Shown: positions 62,801 to 64,000 of the stretch, in pieces
How the letters are laid out: each line of letters starts with the position of its first letter
Numbering within the stretch: position 1 is the first letter of the stretch
Assembly (NCBI GenBank): GCA_002633005.1
Contig: NMRA01000086.1
Span: forward strand, 777,390 to 841,389
DNA length: 64,000 bases
Direction: 5' to 3'
From: Phoronis australis
Lineage: Eukaryota > Animalia > Phoronida
Made by a program: the position numbers and the translations under genes
Notes under the pieces: model-generated
The model's input: the letters and a program-made list of their open reading frames with translations, nothing else
What the model was told of the DNA's origin: nothing
Databases searched by the model: none

Positions 62801-63965
62801 ACCCATTGTGTGTCGTGGCGGAAGTCCAGACCAGGATTAATTTGTTGTTCATGCATATGATTTACAAGTGGGATGACATCAGATCTGCAACTTCGTTGTT
62901 GTTGTCCAACAACTTCACGTACAATGCATCCGTTTTGAAATTTCAAACAGGAAACATTTTTTTTTCAATTATGATAGACAGTGGTCTTCATGATTCTTGC
63001 GGAAAGTTGCAGGTTTGACAGGCACACAGTGTTAACAACAATATGTATGACAAGTCATGTAAAATACACATGGACCTGTGCAGTTGGTGGTTGCTTAACC
63101 TTACCACGTTTCAACATTGCAAACATGATGGAACTGACAGCATGTGGTTGACTTCATATAGGTTTTCTGCATCATCATGCATGTGCAAAAAGTGGCAGTT
63201 ATGTCTCATATCTATAGTTTGTACATTGGAGCTGTAGATCACATTCAACTTGTCCGAGTACAGTGCGATCGGACGAGTACAGTGAGATCTGGCGTGCGTT
63301 CAGTAGACGCTAGGACCTACGCTAGGACCTAGCTAAAACCTAGTCATAGTCACGTGTTCTCATTTAAAATGCACGGCAATATCTCACATAATCTCACGAA
63401 GTCTTGCATTTTAGCGAGGTCCTAGCGTTACTGAACGGGAGGCTGCACTCCACTTTTCCGATCACATTGTACTTGTCCGAGTTTAAGCCCAGGTGAATTC
63501 AAAAAGCAGTGGGTGGGCATTAGGCAGGAAGCTACATGGGAGGGGATTCCAGTAAATGTGTCAATAAAACGCAGTAGGAGACTACAGGTTCTGGAACTTT
63601 TGACTGTTCGTTAATCATGGTAACCAGGTTTCCTACATTTTGGAAGCTAAAATGTGCTTTCAAGTAAGCCTTGATTGTATGAATTGGGGTTATTAGCATG
63701 GGGGTTTCGGGAAGTGAAAGTTAGCTATTTTGGCGGCGGGCGTTAAGTTGAACGTGAGTGTTGATACTGACAACTGTGGTACTGTACTGTTCATTGTTCT
63801 GTTACCAGAATGAGACTGTATTCATCATGACATTTCTTGCACCCATTGTAGGAGTGTGACGAAGACTGGTGTGAGAAAATAACATGTACCGTTACAGACA
63901 TAGAGCCGTTAAAGTCAGTGGTGATAAATATCAAGTCCAGAGTGTGGAGTCAGACACTAGCCAAG
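7650..63965 (+). CDS. Integrin alpha subunit (no I-domain; alphaV/alpha5/alpha8/PS2-like), multi-exon, 3' end beyond window
   Basis: Manually spliced exons give signal peptide + FNLD mature N-terminus, FG-GAP repeats (FGFSVA, WFGAT..ACAP, LGAPGSYYWQG, GGAP, FGHS..VGAP, FGST..VGAP, FGYS..LVGA), Ca-loops DVNGDGRDD/DLNQDGFKD/DLDTNAYPD, RTRPVV, genu CGDDNVCIPDL, NAGDGAYE, CDMGNP, NDGPS and furin site RKRR; phases agree across all traced junctions from 15697 on. Confidence 0.97.
12166..12232 (+). pseudogene. Degenerate tRNA-derived sequence (tRNA pseudogene or SINE head)
   Basis: A-box-like tggtgtagtggtaa and B-box-like gagttctagtc at tRNA-like spacing; no clean cloverleaf. Confidence 0.4.
12362..13560. 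mobile_element. Helentron/DINE-1 (HINE)-like repeat with ~190-bp internal direct repeat; abuts N at 12361
   Basis: 12381-12570 repeats at ~12652-12830; contains caaatttcgtgaaaatgggacgaaaattgcgacctgtaga, resembling HINE/DINE-1 cores; family assignment by resemblance only. Confidence 0.5.
15067..15274. mobile_element. ~210-bp hairpin MITE
   Basis: aagcacaaattttaagatgagtgcgtaagtaaatacagacatgttaaacc is the near-exact reverse complement of ggtttaacatgtctgtatttactgacgcactcatcttaaaattggtgctt. Confidence 0.8.
15697..15803 (+). CDS. Integrin alpha exon (NNIKLTSRNYSEIENKTNQWFGATLASTGPNGDVV)
   Basis: KxxQWFGAT motif; acceptor ag 15695-15696, donor GTAAGC 15804. Confidence 0.92.
16303..17542. mobile_element. 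Non-autonomous Tc1/mariner/pogo-type element (TA-flanked), aged
   Basis: taccacaaactcaagggttaatacc versus ggcattaacccgcaagtttacggta (imperfect TIRs), subterminal gggtaatcgccca repeats. Confidence 0.6.
17776..17896 (+). CDS. Integrin alpha exon (ACAPRYIYFSNAINKREPIGQCFQVNARFESPKGLSPCRE)
   Basis: ACAP..EPIGQC..SPCR motif; tgcag acceptor, GTAAGA donor. Confidence 0.95.
18800..23000 (-). mobile_element. Possible heavily decayed non-LTR retrotransposon (CR1/L2-like) relic; boundaries approximate
   Basis: Broken minus-strand frames with weak resemblance to APE endonuclease motifs (LSKTPDGEID, FYMQGDI) and a downstream KVFWQL motif; many stops; no clear RT motif seen. Confidence 0.3.
19630..19990. 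mobile_element. Harbinger-like MITE, family B copy 1
   Basis: TIRs agtgccatccacacacag / ctgtgtgtggatgggact; internal (GT)n; related copy at 33699-34115. Confidence 0.75.
23757..23897. repeat. Imperfect (TA)n/(TATG)n microsatellite
   Basis: Direct inspection. Confidence 0.9.
24179..24642. mobile_element. Family A MITE copy 2, right end truncated
   Basis: Colinear high similarity to 1844-2315. Confidence 0.8.
26638..26717 (+). CDS. Integrin alpha exon (EFDNRKQNWGYHRQGFCQAGSSISLDY)
   Basis: QGFCQAG motif typical of the alphaV/alpha5/alpha8 group; ttttcag acceptor, GTAATT donor; phases fit neighbours; not in ORF track in this frame. Confidence 0.92.
27608..27669. repeat. 62-bp imperfect palindrome
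   Basis: aaatagtattgaagtttagttcctgcta-acata-tagcaggaactaaacctcaatgctattt. Confidence 0.8.
28103..28159. repeat. Short tandem duplication (~31-bp unit)
   Basis: aaaaaagaattgtgtgcaccgaaattc occurs twice in tandem. Confidence 0.85.
33050..33560. repeat. Degenerate member of the cctagtggca subrepeat (HINE-like) family
   Basis: ccctagtgttggcaaatttt, cccctgtggcaatttt, cccctagcggcaatttt and gaatctttatgaaattt match blocks in 51318-52355. Confidence 0.5.
33699..34115. mobile_element. Harbinger-like MITE, family B copy 2
   Basis: Shares cacagacttacc, ggaagtaattatcagctgc, ccttacccta.t.atcggatat and taggctgtgt blocks with 19630-19990. Confidence 0.7.
35405..35453 (+). CDS. Integrin alpha exon (KTSWMFLGAPGSYYWQG)
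   Basis: GAPGSYYWQG motif; ttccag acceptor, GTAGGT donor; 49 nt. Confidence 0.93.
35865..36096. mobile_element. Short CAGGG-terminated (hAT-like) MITE, family C, uninterrupted copy
   Basis: cagggcttggaat / attccaagctccg termini; homologous to the split copy 60604-62197. Confidence 0.7.
36200..36650. mobile_element. Long-hairpin MITE, family D copy 1 (~200-bp arms with acacgg/acggactca subrepeats)
   Basis: caaggtacc...ggtaccttg termini; arms are near-perfect reverse complements; ~40-bp unique spacer. Confidence 0.9.
36825..36914 (+). CDS. Integrin alpha exon, copy A (QLFSKDMDRPDRVFQSTVEGTKEDDNQQMG)
   Basis: tttcag acceptor, GTAAGA donor, phase 1-1; DD before MGYS. Confidence 0.9.
37082..37274 (+). 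CDS. Integrin alpha exon, copy A (YSIATGELNGNNIPDVVGGAP...FGHSVAVLDVNGDG)
   Basis: FG-GAP motifs in ORF 37069-37278; GT-AG boundaries. Confidence 0.93.
37792..37888 (+). CDS. Integrin alpha exon, copy A (RDDIIVGAPCYSHYEKNLIDVGRVYVFYQDRF)
   Basis: VGAP and GRVYVF motifs; GT-AG boundaries. Confidence 0.93.
38896..38985 (+). CDS. Integrin alpha exon, duplicate copy B of 36825-36914
   Basis: Same coding sequence, intact splice sites; lies after the N at 38663. Confidence 0.8.
39154..39346 (+). CDS. Integrin alpha exon, duplicate copy B of 37082-37274 (ends DVNDDG)
   Basis: ORF 39141-39350 is identical except one G>D change; intact splice sites. Confidence 0.8.
39868..39964 (+). CDS. Integrin alpha exon, duplicate copy B of 37792-37888
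   Basis: Same peptide, synonymous differences (CCC/CCT, TTC/TTT). Confidence 0.8.
41029..41143 (+). CDS. Integrin alpha exon (HRFTYQNAAILEGTNEYSYGRFGSTLAAADDLNQDGFK)
   Basis: GRFGS and DLNQDGF Ca-binding loop; GT-AG. Confidence 0.93.
41369..41466 (+). CDS. Integrin alpha exon (DFVVGAPYEGPNQEGAIYVFHGSKDGVNTSHQQ)
   Basis: VGAPY..GAIYVFHG motif; GT-AG. Confidence 0.94.
42024..42160 (+). CDS. Integrin alpha exon (IIRGNSISDKTRSFGYSISGGFDLDTNAYPDLLVGAMDSDQAIYLR)
   Basis: Last FG-GAP repeat with DLDxNxYPDLLVGA; GT-AG. Confidence 0.95.
42477..42927. mobile_element. Aged TIR element
   Basis: caaatagggacttgactaagttccctaaatct versus agatttagggaacttagtcgagtctctatttg; internal gcccc.taat.taaggactaagtccc recurs at ~49211. 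Confidence 0.65.
43501..43608 (+). CDS. Integrin alpha exon (TRPVVSVNFTRFVSIPRHVKLDRKDVQLADGTNVTG), start of thigh domain
   Basis: RTRPVV motif; phase 2-2. Confidence 0.92.
43965..44020 (+). CDS. Integrin alpha exon (LSFDACFEYKSLNGPEKI)
   Basis: ttccag acceptor, GTACGT donor; CFxY motif; phases fit. Confidence 0.85.
44337..44488 (+). CDS. Integrin alpha exon (IDMDWKLDSLKSLTKRYFLKD...QHCYRLQGYVK)
   Basis: Within ORF 44330-44536; GT-AG; phases fit. Confidence 0.88.
45521..45723 (+). CDS. Integrin alpha exon, copy A (NSVRDKLTNIRAEVTY...LMPVLN...DCGDDNVCIPDLKVSAQ), thigh end/genu
   Basis: RDKLT, PVLN and CGDDNVCIPDL motifs; GT-AG. Confidence 0.94.
45711..47442. repeat. 1.73-kb inverted repeat centred on MITE D copy 2
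   Basis: Identical 87-aa ORFs at 45761-46024(+) and 47129-47392(-); right arm ends at the N at 47443. Confidence 0.95.
46331..46822. mobile_element. Long-hairpin MITE, family D copy 2 (opposite orientation)
   Basis: Same termini and arms; spacer is the reverse complement of the copy 1 spacer. Confidence 0.9.
47444..48352 (+). repeat. Direct duplicate of 45414-46325 (probable second haplotype, lacking the MITE)
   Basis: Begins immediately after the N; scattered substitutions and 1-bp indels. Confidence 0.9.
47551..47753 (+). CDS. Integrin alpha exon, duplicate copy B of 45521-45723 (PDLRV instead of PDLKV)
   Basis: Near-identical, intact splice sites; follows the N at 47443. Confidence 0.8.
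49551..49698 (+). CDS. Integrin alpha exon (LMAYYPLGSHEDFIISVDITNAGDGAYESLFLITLPPGVKYVTIFDVKS), calf-1
   Basis: NxGDGAYE motif; GT-AG. Confidence 0.94.
50960..51117 (+). CDS. Integrin alpha exon (ATPITCTKLEVDVSCDMGNPFP...FFLQAN)
   Basis: CDMGNP motif; GT-AG. Confidence 0.94.
51318..52355 (+). mobile_element. Helentron-associated (HINE/DINE-1/Pearl-like) element with tandem ~120-160-bp subrepeats
   Basis: Starts tttttatg, has a degenerate GTCC/GTCT microsatellite, recurring atgaaatttngca and cctagtggca blocks, ends in a short hairpin-like tail. Confidence 0.6.
52457..52546 (+). CDS. Integrin alpha exon (SNAENQLTVGDNRKDVIIPVKFVSKFSLSG)
   Basis: SSNxE..DN motif; ttccag acceptor, GTAGGT donor; phase 2-2. 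Confidence 0.88.
52900..53350. repeat. Degenerate minisatellite (recurring ggtcttgttgactc / gggtccagt)
   Basis: At least seven imperfect tcttgttgac-like cores. Confidence 0.6.
55058..55185 (-). CDS. C-type lectin exon 2 (GQPNFTGWLREDCMVMHGKNNYEWFDVSCATRQGYICERELF*)
   Basis: Minus-strand acceptor tttctctttttacag, phase 1 matching exon 1; supplies QPN, EDC, WFDxxC and YICE motifs that complete the CTLD; TAG at 55060-55058. Confidence 0.95.
56084..57227 (-). CDS. Secreted coiled-coil C-type lectin, exon 1 (signal peptide, heptad-repeat neck, N-terminal part of CTLD)
   Basis: Long ORF; first ATG at 57227 (track start 57233 is GTG); METRTPFSWLLLLLLVHG leader; CRPGYAHFENSCY, HLVTINSQKEN, EGVWKW, YTNW motifs; donor GTGAGT immediately after ...WKR G at 56083. 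Confidence 0.95.
57311..57317 (-). promoter_or_regulatory. Candidate TATA-like box of the nested lectin gene
   Basis: GATATAA on minus strand about 85 nt upstream of the ATG; motif and position only. Confidence 0.3.
57688..57787 (+). CDS. Integrin alpha exon (VSKPEQVEYSSNETQQVVRTESDIGPKLTHVYQ), calf-2
   Basis: GVSKPEQV and DIGPxxxHVY motifs; GT-AG. Confidence 0.94.
59824..59988 (+). CDS. Integrin alpha exon (VVNDGPSSISEVQVVILWPS...HMLYLL...NPEKIK)
   Basis: NDGPS, WP, LYL and NP motifs; GT-AG. Confidence 0.94.
60331..60402. repeat. Minisatellite, 22-bp unit gccctgagtgtggcccgagtgt x ~3
   Basis: Direct inspection. Confidence 0.9.
60604..62197. mobile_element. Family C MITE split by a nested insertion
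   Basis: 60604-60647 plus 62002-62197 together align to 35865-36096. Confidence 0.75.
60650..61999. mobile_element. Non-autonomous pogo/Tigger-like element with TA TSD
   Basis: ta|ccgtattcaccctaataagcgcc ... ggcacttcttagggcgaatacgg|ta. Confidence 0.8.
62537..62626 (+). CDS. Integrin alpha exon (IESADGESEKAKSTRKRRAVSAKSKDVKNM) with furin cleavage site
   Basis: atatag acceptor, GTGAGT donor, 90 nt phase 0-0; RKRR at the expected calf-2 loop position. Confidence 0.88.
63255..63482. mobile_element. Small hairpin/TIR element
   Basis: cgttcagtagacgctaggacctacgcta versus tagcgaggtcctagcgttactgaacg; outer agtacagtgcgatcgga versus tccgatcacattgtact. Confidence 0.6.
63852..63965 (+). CDS. Integrin alpha exon (ECDEDWCEKITCTVTDIEPLKSVVINIKSRVWSQTLAK)
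   Basis: CxxxxCxxIxC and SRVW motifs of calf-2; GT-AG. Confidence 0.93.
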
Positions 63966-64000
63966 GTAAATATATTTGTCACTTATGTCACAGGCATATC

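Overview
Metazoan (invertebrate-like), AT-rich, intron-rich genomic DNA; the species cannot be assigned from sequence alone. The window is dominated by one + strand multi-exon integrin alpha gene without an I-domain, resembling the RGD-binding alphaV/alpha5/alpha8/PS2 group. It runs from about 7140 past the window end. I traced a non-coding first exon plus 23 non-redundant coding exons by hand with consistent GT-AG phases. One early coding exon is not visible, and the TM/cytoplasmic exons lie beyond the window. Nested antisense in its 52547-57687 intron is a complete two-exon gene for a secreted ~423-aa C-type lectin: signal peptide, long coiled coil built from a 42-aa repeat, CC motif, Pro/Thr linker, and a CTLD with QPN/WFD motifs. 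The ORF track truncates this gene because it misses exon 2. Two blocks of integrin exons appear twice, and there is a 1.73-kb apparently perfect palindrome. All three abut single-N joins and a ~450-490 bp hairpin MITE, so they most likely reflect uncollapsed haplotypes and an assembly fold-back, though they also expose a probable presence/absence MITE polymorphism. The introns hold many non-autonomous DNA transposons (Harbinger-like, TA-TSD pogo/Tc1-like, Helentron/HINE-like with CTCF-type motifs), a possible decayed LINE and simple repeats. There are no CRISPR arrays, rRNA genes or prokaryotic systems.
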